Source of the DNA: an uncultured Planctomycetaceae bacterium
GTDB lineage: Bacteria > Planctomycetota > Planctomycetia > Isosphaerales > Isosphaeraceae
DNA length: 64,000 bases
Assembly: GCA_963833985.1 (NCBI GenBank)
Contig: CAWIAD010000001.1
Span: forward strand, 1,216,001-1,280,000
Reading direction: 5' to 3'
Shown here: in pieces, positions 1-10,519 of the stretch
How positions within the stretch are numbered: position 1 is the stretch's first letter
Layout of the letters: each line of letters opens with the position of its first letter
Made by a program: the position numbers and the translations under genes
Notes under the pieces: generated by a model
The model's database searches: none
The model's input: only the letters and a program-made list of their open reading frames with translations
Told to the model about the DNA's origin: nothing

Positions 1-2182
1 AAGGCGTTGAGCACTCGTCCACGACCTTGCGGCCGTAGAGGACGGGAATCCGCCCTCGACCATGACGCCGAAAGGCGTTGAGCACACCACGCACCAGCAT
101 GAAGCCAAGAGCCGATCGGAGCCACCCCGCCCTCGACCATGACGCCGAAAGGCGTTGAGCACTCCAGATCGGCATCCTTGTCATCGACCGAAACTGTCCG
201 CCCTCGACCATGACGCCGAAAGGCGTTGAGCACATCCGCAGCATCCCCGGCGCGTGCCGTCTGGCGGGCCGCCCTCGACCATGACGCCGAAAGGCGTTGA
301 GCACCCGAGCCCCAGAAAGGCGCATGGCGCCAACGGGTCCCGCCCTCGACCATGACGCCGAAAGGCGTTGAGCACAGCACTGAGCCGAAACACAGGAGAC
401 GAGACGATGCCGCCCTCGACCATGACGCCGAAAGGCGTTGAGCACTTTCCCGGAGTGCTCTGGCTATTTACGCCCCGTCCGTCCGCCCTCGACCATGACG
501 CCGAAAGGCGTTGAGCACCGGCCCACTCCGAGCGCCCGCCGCCAGTCGGTCACGAGCCCGCCCTCGACCATGACGCCGAAAGGCGTTGAGCACCCAAGCG
601 AAAAACGCAGAATCTCCCTGACCGTGAACGACCGCCCTCGACCATGACGCCGAAAGGCGTTGAGCACCAGCCCATTCCAGATCGCCTACTCCGTGACCAG
701 CGACCGCCCTCGACCATGACGCCGAAAGGCGTTGAGCACCTCGTCATCGCGGCCTGCGCCGCACCGATCATCGCGCCGCCCTCGACCATGACGCCGGAAG
801 GCGTTGAGCACTCCCAGGCCGTGAACGACATTAGCAGCTCTGCGTTCCGCCCTCGACCATGACGCCGAAAGGCGTTGAGCACATCCGGGTACGAGCGTAC
901 TCTGGCTCAGTCCGGCTGCCGCCCTCGACCATGACGCCGAAAGGCGTTGAGCACGGGTAACGCCTCCGGCTTGCGGACGGGCGACGGTTCCGCCCTCGAC
1001 CATGACGCCGAAAGGCGTTGAGCACTCACTCTGAATAGCGGCACCGGTGGCGCCACCCTGCCGCCCTCGACCATGACGCCGAAAGGCGTTGAGCACTCTG
1101 GCGATCGTCGCCTGGACATCAGCCAGTTGCGCCCGCCCTCGACCATGACGCCGAAAGGCGTTGAGCACTCGTTGCCGTTGAGCAGCGTGTCAATCCCCTG
1201 GTCCAGGCCGCCCTCGACCATGACGCCGAAAGGCGTTGAGCACCTCGATGCGCGCGACGAGTCCAACGCGGGGGCGACCGCCCTCGACCATGACGCCGAA
1301 AGGCGTTGAGCACTCTATGTTTCGACGGGCAAGCCCGTCCCGGGCGACTTCCGCCCTCGACCATGACGCCGAAAGGCGTTGAGCACTCCATGAGCCGCAG
1401 CTTGCCGCGCTCCAGAGCCATGGCCGCCCTCGACCATGACGCCGAAAGGCGTTGAGCACAGCAGCAACAAGCCGCGTCAGATCCCCACCGTGTCCGCCCT
1501 CGACCATGACGCCGAAAGGCGTTGAGCACCGGCCTGGTCAAGGGTGACGGTGAACGCCGAGCTGGCCGCCCTCGACCATGACGCCGAAAGGCGTTGAGCA
1601 CCGCGTGTCGGACTGGACCACGCCCGGGCCGTAGGCCGCCGCCCTCGACCATGACGCCGAAAGGCGTTGAGCACGGGTTCTACGTGTTGCGCCACGACGG
1701 CAATTTCGGCACCGCCCTCGACCATGACGCCGAAAGGCGTTGAGCACCTGACTGAGGCTGCTGACGTGGCGTGGCCACAGGAAGGCCGCCCTCGACCATG
1801 ACGCCGAAAGGCGTTGAGCACTCAGGCTCGGCTTGCGTCCCTCGGGGAACCGATCGCCGCCCTCGACCATGACGCCGAAAGGCGTTGAGCACAAGCTCTC
1901 GATCCTCGTCCCTGTCCGCGAACGCACGCCGCCCTCGACCATGACGCCGAAAGGCGTTGAGCACCGGGTCTCCTCGCTGATCCACGAGCGGTCGTTCAAG
2001 AGCCGCCCTCGACCATGACGCCGAAAGGCGTTGAGCACGAGCACCTGCCGGCGACCGGTCTGCCGGCGCTCCTGCCGCCCTCGACCATGACGCCGAAAGG
2101 CGTTGAGCACACCAAGAGGCCGCACCATTCGGGCTCCCTCGGACGACCGCCCTCGACCATGACGCCGAAAGGCGTTGAGCAC
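1..2182 (+). CRISPR. CRISPR array (3' part), repeat CCGCCCTCGACCATGACGCCGAAAGGCGTTGAGCAC; 30 full repeats plus 1 partial, 30 unique spacers of 34-41 bp; type I-B/MYXAN-like repeat family
   Basis: Exact 36-bp repeats start at 50, 127, 198 ... 2075 and 2147. Each has the hairpin ACGCC-GAAA-GGCGT and a 3' handle TTGAGCAC. The array runs off the left edge; no leader or cas genes are in the window. Confidence 0.98.
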
Positions 2183-2247
2183 TCTGGGAGTCGCGGGCGG
2201 GACGGGCTACTGGGCGATGGGCGGGCGGGATGGAAGTCGTCAGGGGG

Positions 2248-3243
2248 TCATCGGTGGTCCGTTCCGGGGGCGGTTTCTGAGGCTTTTTGCGGGCGGTGGG
2301 TGGCGATGAAGAGGTTGTCGTGGCGGCGCGCGACGGCGAAGATGCCGCGATCCTCGGCCAGCCTCCAGTAGCCTTCCAGCTCGTCGTGGGGATCAAAGGT
2401 GAGCTGCCGGATGCGCACGCCGGGGCCGGTGGCGCGGCCGTCGCACAGCGCCTTGTTCAGGTCCAGCTCGTCGAGCCGCCAGCCACGGCCGGCGATCACG
2501 TTCTGCACGCAGATCAGCCGCAGGGACGCCGCGTCCCAGTGCAGGTTCTGGTTGAAGCCCCCGCAGAGCACGCGGTGCACCACCACGCCGGGCGCACTGG
2601 TCCGCCCGGCCGCCAGCAGCGCCTCGGGATCGCAGAGGCGGATCTCCGGGCGGATGTCGCCGTAATCGGCGGTGGCCAGCAGGCTCCGGCCGTTCCACTG
2701 CACGAACTCGGGGCGGCAGCCGTTCACGGCCGCGTCGTCTTCCAGGACGTTCACAATGGCGTCGTCCAGGTTGCCGCCTTGCCAGGCCTTCTGCCAGTCC
2801 AGCCGGTAGATCACGGCCCGCGACTTCGCCGGGTCCGCCGTCTTGATCGTGTCGCCGAGGAAGGTTCCCGACCGCGCGTCCCAGGTGAGCCCGGTGGGAT
2901 GAATGATGAGCGGCTTGCCGGCGCGGCTCAGCCAGACCACCCGGCCCGTGGGCTCGAGCTCGAGGTTGTACTCGCGGATGACCCCGACGCGCGGGTGTGC
3001 CTGCACGACGTCGCCGTAGGCGTAGATCTTGCCGTCGCGCACGACCACTCCCTGAACCGCCCCGAGCCCCAGATCCGTGATCGATTTCTCCACCCGCAGC
3101 GATGCATCGGCCATCCAGGTGCCGTCCGGCGGGGGCTGCTGGGCTGGGGACGAGGCCGCCAGGAACAGGGACAAGAGGCACGACGCCAGGACCGGCCCGC
3201 CCGACTTCGGGCCAACGCGTACCAGCTTTTGAACACGCTCCAT
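2248..3243 (-). CDS. Secreted hypothetical protein, possibly beta-propeller-like
   Basis: Long ORF with GC3-biased codons and a hydrophobic signal-like segment (LASCLLSLFLAASSPA). The start is uncertain. Confidence 0.7.
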   Translation of the reverse strand: MERVQKLVRVGPKSGGPVLASCLLSLFLAASSPAQQPPPDGTWMADASLRVEKSITDLGLGAVQGVVVRDGKIYAYGDVVQAHPRVGVIREYNLELEPTGRVVWLSRAGKPLIIHPTGLTWDARSGTFLGDTIKTADPAKSRAVIYRLDWQKAWQGGNLDDAIVNVLEDDAAVNGCRPEFVQWNGRSLLATADYGDIRPEIRLCDPEALLAAGRTSAPGVVVHRVLCGGFNQNLHWDAASLRLICVQNVIAGRGWRLDELDLNKALCDGRATGPGVRIRQLTFDPHDELEGYWRLAEDRGIFAVARRHDNLFIATHRPQKASETAPGTDHR

Positions 3244-3547
3244 GGACCGATCGCTCCGTGTTTCCTGGTGAATCGCACCGGTTTTCACCCGCGAGGGGCT
3301 TCGTGCGATCATCGGCGGTCGGGCCGTAGCTGTCGAATGAACTTCCCGTGAAGGTCGCCGCGCGGTCCCGGAAGCTTCCCGGGCAGTCATCGTCGGCCTC
3401 GCCTGCTGCCGCGCGGGCCGTCACACATCCGGCGTGAACCTCATGAGTGGTCCGGCGTTTCCCGTTTCACTCTTTACGCACCTTGCCAAAGCCCAGGAGC
3501 GGCATGAGAATACAGACGTCGGCTTGCCTCCCGCCGCTCCTCCCGAG

Positions 3548-5149
3548 ATGAACCCCATGGCGATCGACAGCTTCCGGCGGACCGTGCCGCGGTTCTTCAT
3601 CGCAGCCGCATGGCTGACCCTGAGCTTCCTGCTCCGCGGTGCCGCCGGGTATGCCGGCGTGCCGGACCCGGCGGGGCCGCAGGATCCGGGCGGAGGGCAG
3701 ACTCCCGGCACGCCGCCGGCGGGCAACGGCGGCGATCCCGCACGCCCCGACCGCGGAGCCCGGACCAGACCCCTTCCGGCGCGGAAGGCCCGGCGGGCCG
3801 CCAGGGCCAGGGCCGATGCGTCCGGCGCAGCGACGAAGGCGGAGAGTGCGAAGAACCCCGAACGTACCGCGGGAATCAGCTTCGCCAGCGACGTGGCGCC
3901 CATCCTTGTTGCCAACTGCGTGGGCTGCCACAGCCCGGGACGGCCCGGAGTGACGCGCGGCAAGCTGGAGCTCAGCTCGTTTGCCAGGCTCATGCAGGGG
4001 ACGAGCGCGGAGAAGGTGATCGAGCCAGGCAAGCCGGACGAGAGCCACCTGGTGCTCCGGGTCAAGGGCGAGGAGACGCCGCGGATGCCGCAAGGAGGCA
4101 ACAACAACGGGCTTTCCGAGTCCGCGATCGGCAAGATCGAGGAATGGATCAGGGCAGGGGCCAGGCTGGATGCGGGGCTGGATCCGAATGCCGCCATGGC
4201 CAGCTACGCGGCATCTCCGGACCAGGTGCGGCGCAGCCAGCTCGCCCGGTTGAGCTCGAAGGAGCGCGACCAGAAAGTCATCGCCGCCGGCCAGGATCGC
4301 TTCCGGCGCACCAACCCCGCGCTGGCTCCCGAAACCGCGGCGGGTGAGCACTTTGTCGTCTTCAGCAACTTGCCGAAGGAACGCGCGGCCGGATTGCTGA
4401 AGTCGGCGGAAGCCGTGCACGGCCAGCTCAAGCGACTGCTGGGCGCACCGGCCACCGAATGGGTGGAGAAGGTCGGCGTCTATGTGTTCAATGATCCGAA
4501 AGACTTCATCGAGTTCGCCCGCACGATCGAGAATCGGGAGGTCGAGCCGGCCGTGGTCTCGGCCGCCAACCTGCGAACCGCGCAGCCCTACATTGCCCTG
4601 GTCGATCCCCTGGCGGGAAAGAAGGAAGAATCGAACCCTCCCCGGCACCGGCCGCGTGCCCGGCGCGGCAGCCAGGCGAAGGATGAGAGCGGCACGGGCC
4701 TGGGGGGCGGCTCGGCCCGCTCGCTCGCCGGTTTGCTGGCGGACGCGCTGGGCGAGGCGGCGGTGCTGGCGCAGGGCAGTTCCCCCCGCTGGCTGGCGTA
4801 CGGTGTGGGTTCCTTGCTGGCGGCGCAGGTCGATCCCCGGAACCCCGCCCTCGAGAGGCTGCACGCCATCGCCCTGGAAAAGTGCCGTGAGGGCTGGCCG
4901 ACCAGGGCCGCGCAGGCGCTCGGCGAGGGCGACGACGTCAGCGCCGAGGAGATCCGCGCCGTCGGCTTCGCGATCGTGGAGTTCCTCATGAGCCCGCCCT
5001 ACCGCGCGGCCTTCCCCGCACTGGCGCAGGGCATGAGCAAGGGCAAGGAAAAGCTGGACGACGTGCTCCGCGACGTCTACCGGGCCGACCGCGACACGTT
5101 TCTGAACCGGAGCGGCGAGTGGTTCCTCTCGCGTTATGGAATGAACTGA
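3548..5149 (+). CDS. Planctomycete cytochrome c domain protein
   Basis: ISFASDVAPILVANCVGCH heme motif, PGKPDES..RMP..IEEWIRAGA signature, and an N-terminal signal peptide. Confidence 0.85.
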   Translation: MNPMAIDSFRRTVPRFFIAAAWLTLSFLLRGAAGYAGVPDPAGPQDPGGGQTPGTPPAGNGGDPARPDRGARTRPLPARKARRAARARADASGAATKAESAKNPERTAGISFASDVAPILVANCVGCHSPGRPGVTRGKLELSSFARLMQGTSAEKVIEPGKPDESHLVLRVKGEETPRMPQGGNNNGLSESAIGKIEEWIRAGARLDAGLDPNAAMASYAASPDQVRRSQLARLSSKERDQKVIAAGQDRFRRTNPALAPETAAGEHFVVFSNLPKERAAGLLKSAEAVHGQLKRLLGAPATEWVEKVGVYVFNDPKDFIEFARTIENREVEPAVVSAANLRTAQPYIALVDPLAGKKEESNPPRHRPRARRGSQAKDESGTGLGGGSARSLAGLLADALGEAAVLAQGSSPRWLAYGVGSLLAAQVDPRNPALERLHAIALEKCREGWPTRAAQALGEGDDVSAEEIRAVGFAIVEFLMSPPYRAAFPALAQGMSKGKEKLDDVLRDVYRADRDTFLNRSGEWFLSRYGMN

Positions 5150-5523
5150 TGAGCAAGTCCGACGGATCGTCCCATGGCGGCCCCGGCGCTCCGGGGGTCG
5201 AGTACTTCCTGGCAGCCGGCGCCGGCTCGCACCATGTCATTTTTCCGGGCGTGGAGATCCGTACCACCGCCGGAAAAGGGCTCATGCTCTCGGTCGTGCA
5301 CCTGGAGCCTCGCTCGGTGGTTCCCGAACACGCGCATCCGCACGAGCAGATGGGGATGATGATCTCCGGCCAGCTCGAGTTCACCGTGGGGGGCATCACC
5401 CGGGTGCTCGGCCCCGGCGCCATCTGGCGGATCCCCGGCGGCATCCCTCATAGCGTCCGGGCCCTGGACGAGCCGGCCGTGGCGCTCGACGTTTTTCACC
5501 CTGTACGCGAGGACTATCTCTGA
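5149..5523 (+). CDS. Cupin domain protein
   Basis: PEHAHPHEQ...IPGGIPHSV...DVFHPVREDY cupin motifs; TGATG overlap with the upstream gene. Confidence 0.9.
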   Translation: MSKSDGSSHGGPGAPGVEYFLAAGAGSHHVIFPGVEIRTTAGKGLMLSVVHLEPRSVVPEHAHPHEQMGMMISGQLEFTVGGITRVLGPGAIWRIPGGIPHSVRALDEPAVALDVFHPVREDYL

Positions 5524-5540
5524 CCGAGGCTTTTCGCTCC

Positions 5541-6406
5541 ATGCCCCGCGTTGTCGTGGTGGGCTCCTGCTCGACCGTTCTGACGGTGCACGTCCCGGTG
5601 TTGCCTGCCCCGGGGCAGACCATGCTGGGCGATTCGTTCGCGGTCAGGCTCGGGGGCAGGGGATGCCTGCACGCCCGCGCTGCGCTCCGGGCCGGTGCGG
5701 ACGTCGTGCTGGTCTCGGCCATCGGCGCTGACGACCTGGGTCGGCGGGCTCTGGAACTGCTGCGCGGCGAGGGGATCGGCAGCCAAGCGATCAAGACGGT
5801 CCCGGACGTTTCCTCGGCAGTCTCCATGAGGATGATCGGGAAGGAAGCCGAGGAGCTGGCCGGCGCAGCGCCGGGCGCGAACCTGCGTTTTTCACCCGGC
5901 GACATCGACCGCCTCCCGGATTCGGTGTTCACGCGTGGCGCGGTGCTGCTTGTGGCCCTGGAGGTTCCGATACCGACGGCGATCCGCGCGATGCGCCGCG
6001 GCAGGGCGAGCGGCATGAGGGTGATCCTCAACCCCGCGCCCGCTCCTTCGCTTTCCGAGCTTGAGGTGGGGATCTTGCTGGAACAGGTGGACATCGTGGT
6101 GTCGAACAGGCTCGAGGCGATCATGCTGGCGGGTATCCGGCGTGGCGAGCGCCCGGAGCCGGCGGTGACGGCCCGCCGGCTGCTGGAGCTGGGACCGCGG
6201 GCCGCGGTGATCACTCTCGGACCGGACGGCTGCCTGATCGCCGAGGGGACGCAGACGCAGCACTTGCCATCCGCGTGCCTTGCGGACGCCGGCCGCGACG
6301 CGTTCCACGGCGATCTGGCCGCGGCCATCGGGACCGGGCTGCCGCTTTCGCAGGCCGTCGCACGCGCGTTGCAGGCCTCTGGCCAGGAACCACAGGGAGA
6401 TGTTGC

Positions 6407-6410
<4 letters not shown>
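5541..6410 (+). CDS. PfkB/ribokinase-family sugar kinase (divergent)
   Basis: RVVVVGS, LPAPGQT, IGADDLG, ILNPAPA, VITLGPDG; the C-terminal motif is degenerate (DAGRDAF). Confidence 0.8.
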
Positions 6411-8134
<1,724 letters not shown>

Positions 8135-8240
8135 GACGGATACGGAGCTGAGATGGTGCCAGCGGAACAGGGTGCTGCCGGCGAGCCTCACCACTTGCCC
8201 AGGTTCCCCCGCGGAACCGGATCCGAACCCCACAGGTGGG

Positions 8241-8630
8241 GCAAGGTTTCATCCTCTGACGTGGGACAGGAGTCCCATCTTGTTACTTAAACGCAATACC
8301 GTCATAATGTACATAAGATCATTTTATACATATGTATGCCCCTCGTTCCCACGCTCCGCGTGGGAATGCTCTCTGCGACGCTCCGCGTCGATTGGGCCCG
8401 TGCTGAGACTGGGAAATCGATGGGACGCAGAGCGTCCCGACCGGTGTTCCCACACGGGAGCGTGGGAACAAGTCACTTGCAAATCTCTTGACCCGTTTTT
8501 TTTAACGGTATTTCAACGCTATTTTACTTAAACCAATTTAACCATCTTATGTTATATATAATAATTATCAGTAGATAAAAACAGTGACAAGATTGGAATC
8601 TTGTCCCACGAAAGAGGGCGGACCTTGTGC
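8241..8630. repeat. Nested REP/MITE-like element: outer imperfect inverted repeats, AT-rich arms and an inner REP doublet (8342-8472)
   Basis: CGTGGGACAGGAGTCCCATCTTGTTACT (8260-8287) is the inverted match of AGTGACAAGATTGGAATCTTGTCCCACG (8583-8610). Inner pair: CTCGTTCCCACGCTCCGCGTGGGAA ... TTCCCACACGGGAGCGTGGGAACAAG. Confidence 0.8.
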
Positions 8631-8693
8631 GACTTCCGACCTGGGGGCTGACGCAGCCAGGCGAGGCGGGTCCTGAGACCCGGGGCGATCCGT

Positions 8694-8972
8694 TCAGACG
8701 CGCTGGCGGTGCAGGCGGCCGCCGAGCTTGCGGCAGATCTCCTCGGCGCGCGTGAGCATCCTGTCGTCCTTGCAGCCAATCGAGAGGATCATCCCCTGGC
8801 CGCCTTCGATCTGGTCGGGCGGGGTGACGCCCAGGCGGTCGTTCAGGATGCCGATCGAAGTGAGGATCTGGATGGCGAGGTTTCCCTCGGCCGCGTTGTG
8901 GAAGAAGGCGACGACGCGCAGCTTGCTATCGGGGCTGGTCACGGCGCCGGGGCGGACCTGGGGCATTTCCAT
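8694..8972 (-). CDS. Small hypothetical protein (92 aa)
   Basis: Globular-looking ORF MEMPQVRPGAVT...RLHRQRV with GC3 bias. Confidence 0.7.
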   Translation of the reverse strand: MEMPQVRPGAVTSPDSKLRVVAFFHNAAEGNLAIQILTSIGILNDRLGVTPPDQIEGGQGMILSIGCKDDRMLTRAEEICRKLGGRLHRQRV

Positions 8973-9281
8973 GGACTTTGGCGTCTCAGCGGGGAGTCTT
9001 GTGGCTCGGGATGCCCGAGAGGCACCCTGGGGAAACCCAATTTCGACCAAGTTTGACGCTCCGGCGACGGTTTCGCAAGCCGTCTCCCATCCGCAACCCG
9101 GCGCGCCTTCATGATGCGCGAACGCATCGGCAGGGGTGAGCGGCCGCAACACCGGATCGAATCCTGACACCCCGGGTCTCAGTCCGGGCCCGTTCGCGTA
9201 GTCAAATCAGGTAGCGGGCCTGACGTTGAACCGGCACATCGCTTGCCCCGGTGCCAGTCACTTACCGCGAGAGGGCTCGAG

Positions 9282-9737
9282 ATGATTCTCAGAACGCACG
9301 GGCCGTTGCGCTGCCGCAGGGGAGTTGCCGTCGTCGAGACCGCGGTCTTTCTGGGCATACTGCTTGTTGTCTTGCTGGGTGTCTTCGAGTACGGGCGGAT
9401 CGTGATGGTCCGCCAGTTGATGAACAACGCCGCCCGGGAAGGAGCGCGCCTGGCGATCGTTGGCACCGCCCAGCCCGTGGTGACCACGCAGCAGATCGAG
9501 CAGACCGTCAGCGGTTACCTGGCCGGTCAGTCGATGCAGAACCTGGCGATCCAGGTTTACCAGACCGATCCCCAGACCGGGGCCAACCTGGGCCTCTGGA
9601 ACCAGACGCCCTACGGCGGCGCCATCGCCGTGCAGATCGACGCGGACTATGTGCCGATTCTCCCCGTCAACCTGGGCGTGATCCCGAACCCCATCCATTT
9701 CACGGCCATCTCGATGATGCTCAGCGAAGCGAACTGA
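9282..9737 (+). CDS. TadE/TadG-like pseudopilin
   Basis: RRGVAVVETAV prepilin motif, a TM segment, and NAAREGARLA. Confidence 0.9.
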   Translation: MILRTHGPLRCRRGVAVVETAVFLGILLVVLLGVFEYGRIVMVRQLMNNAAREGARLAIVGTAQPVVTTQQIEQTVSGYLAGQSMQNLAIQVYQTDPQTGANLGLWNQTPYGGAIAVQIDADYVPILPVNLGVIPNPIHFTAISMMLSEAN

Positions 9738-9952
9738 GCCGGCAGCCGCGCCGGCCCGTTCCCGGGCGGGCTCCGGCCATGTGCGCGTCCAACCCCGAAA
9801 CGGGCCGATTGCTGCAAGAAACCAACATCCGCGTTGCGGATGATCCCCGGGGCCCGTGTGCCGCGTGTGCCACTGAGTCAAGCATATCCGAACGTGTCCT
9901 AGGCTCTTTGTGAGGTCACGTTCGGGCGACTGGTTCCCCAACGTCGAGGCCC

Positions 9953-10468
9953 ATGATGACGATCCGTACTCTCGGGAAACAAATCAGGACTTCTCCGGGG
10001 GTGGCGGCGGTCGAGTTGGCACTGACCCTGCCGCTCTTGATCCTGCTGCTCACGGGCACATGGGAGGTCGGGCGCATCCTCGAGGTCCAGCAGATGCTCA
10101 ACGTCGCGGCCCGTGAGGCGGCCCGTCAGGCGGGCTCCGGGCTCTTGACCAACAGCCAGGTCCAGCAGGTCGCCGTCAACTATGTCCGCTGTGGCCTGCA
10201 AGATGTCACCGGCGCCATGACGGCGAACATCGCGGTGAACGTGACGGTCTACGCCGCCGGCAGTCCGGGGATACCGGAACAGATCGACGTGAGCCAGGCC
10301 AGCTCGCTGGACCAGATTGTCATCTCGGTGTCCGTGCCGTTTCCGGACGTGCGCTGGATCTCCTTGCCCTCGATCACCGGCGCGCAGCTCCTGCAAGCCC
10401 AGGCGAGCTGGGTTTGCCTGAAGGACTATCCGTTCCCCACCACGCCTCCACAACCGCCGGCCGGTTGA
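9953..10468 (+). CDS. TadE-like pseudopilin
   Basis: GVAAVELALTLPLL...EVGR...AAREAAR. Confidence 0.9.
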   Translation: MMTIRTLGKQIRTSPGVAAVELALTLPLLILLLTGTWEVGRILEVQQMLNVAAREAARQAGSGLLTNSQVQQVAVNYVRCGLQDVTGAMTANIAVNVTVYAAGSPGIPEQIDVSQASSLDQIVISVSVPFPDVRWISLPSITGAQLLQAQASWVCLKDYPFPTTPPQPPAG

Positions 10469-10519
10469 GCCGTTCGCCGGCCAGCCGTCCCATCCGCCGC
10501 AGACAAGGGTGGTTTCCAG

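Noticed and set aside
376..2074. Spacers at 376 and 2039 begin with a copy of the repeat end (AGCAC, GAGCAC)
   Set aside because: Both spacers have normal length, and the second reads as in-frame coding sequence (EHLPATGL), so chance is the likelier explanation.
15..2146. Possible antisense strand bias of spacers, which would suggest RNA targeting
   Set aside because: By codon pattern, some spacers read as coding on the minus strand (15, 1169, 1387) and others on the plus strand (1460, 1675, 1893), so there is no clear bias.
181..2396. Many ORFs with repeating MTPKGVEH / CSTPFGVMVEGG / LNAFRRHGRGR peptides
   Set aside because: They are translations of the CRISPR repeat, not proteins.
9000..9280. 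Possible c-di-GMP riboswitch upstream of the tad genes
   Set aside because: Small hairpins are present, but I could not match the consensus by eye; an Infernal/Rfam scan would decide.
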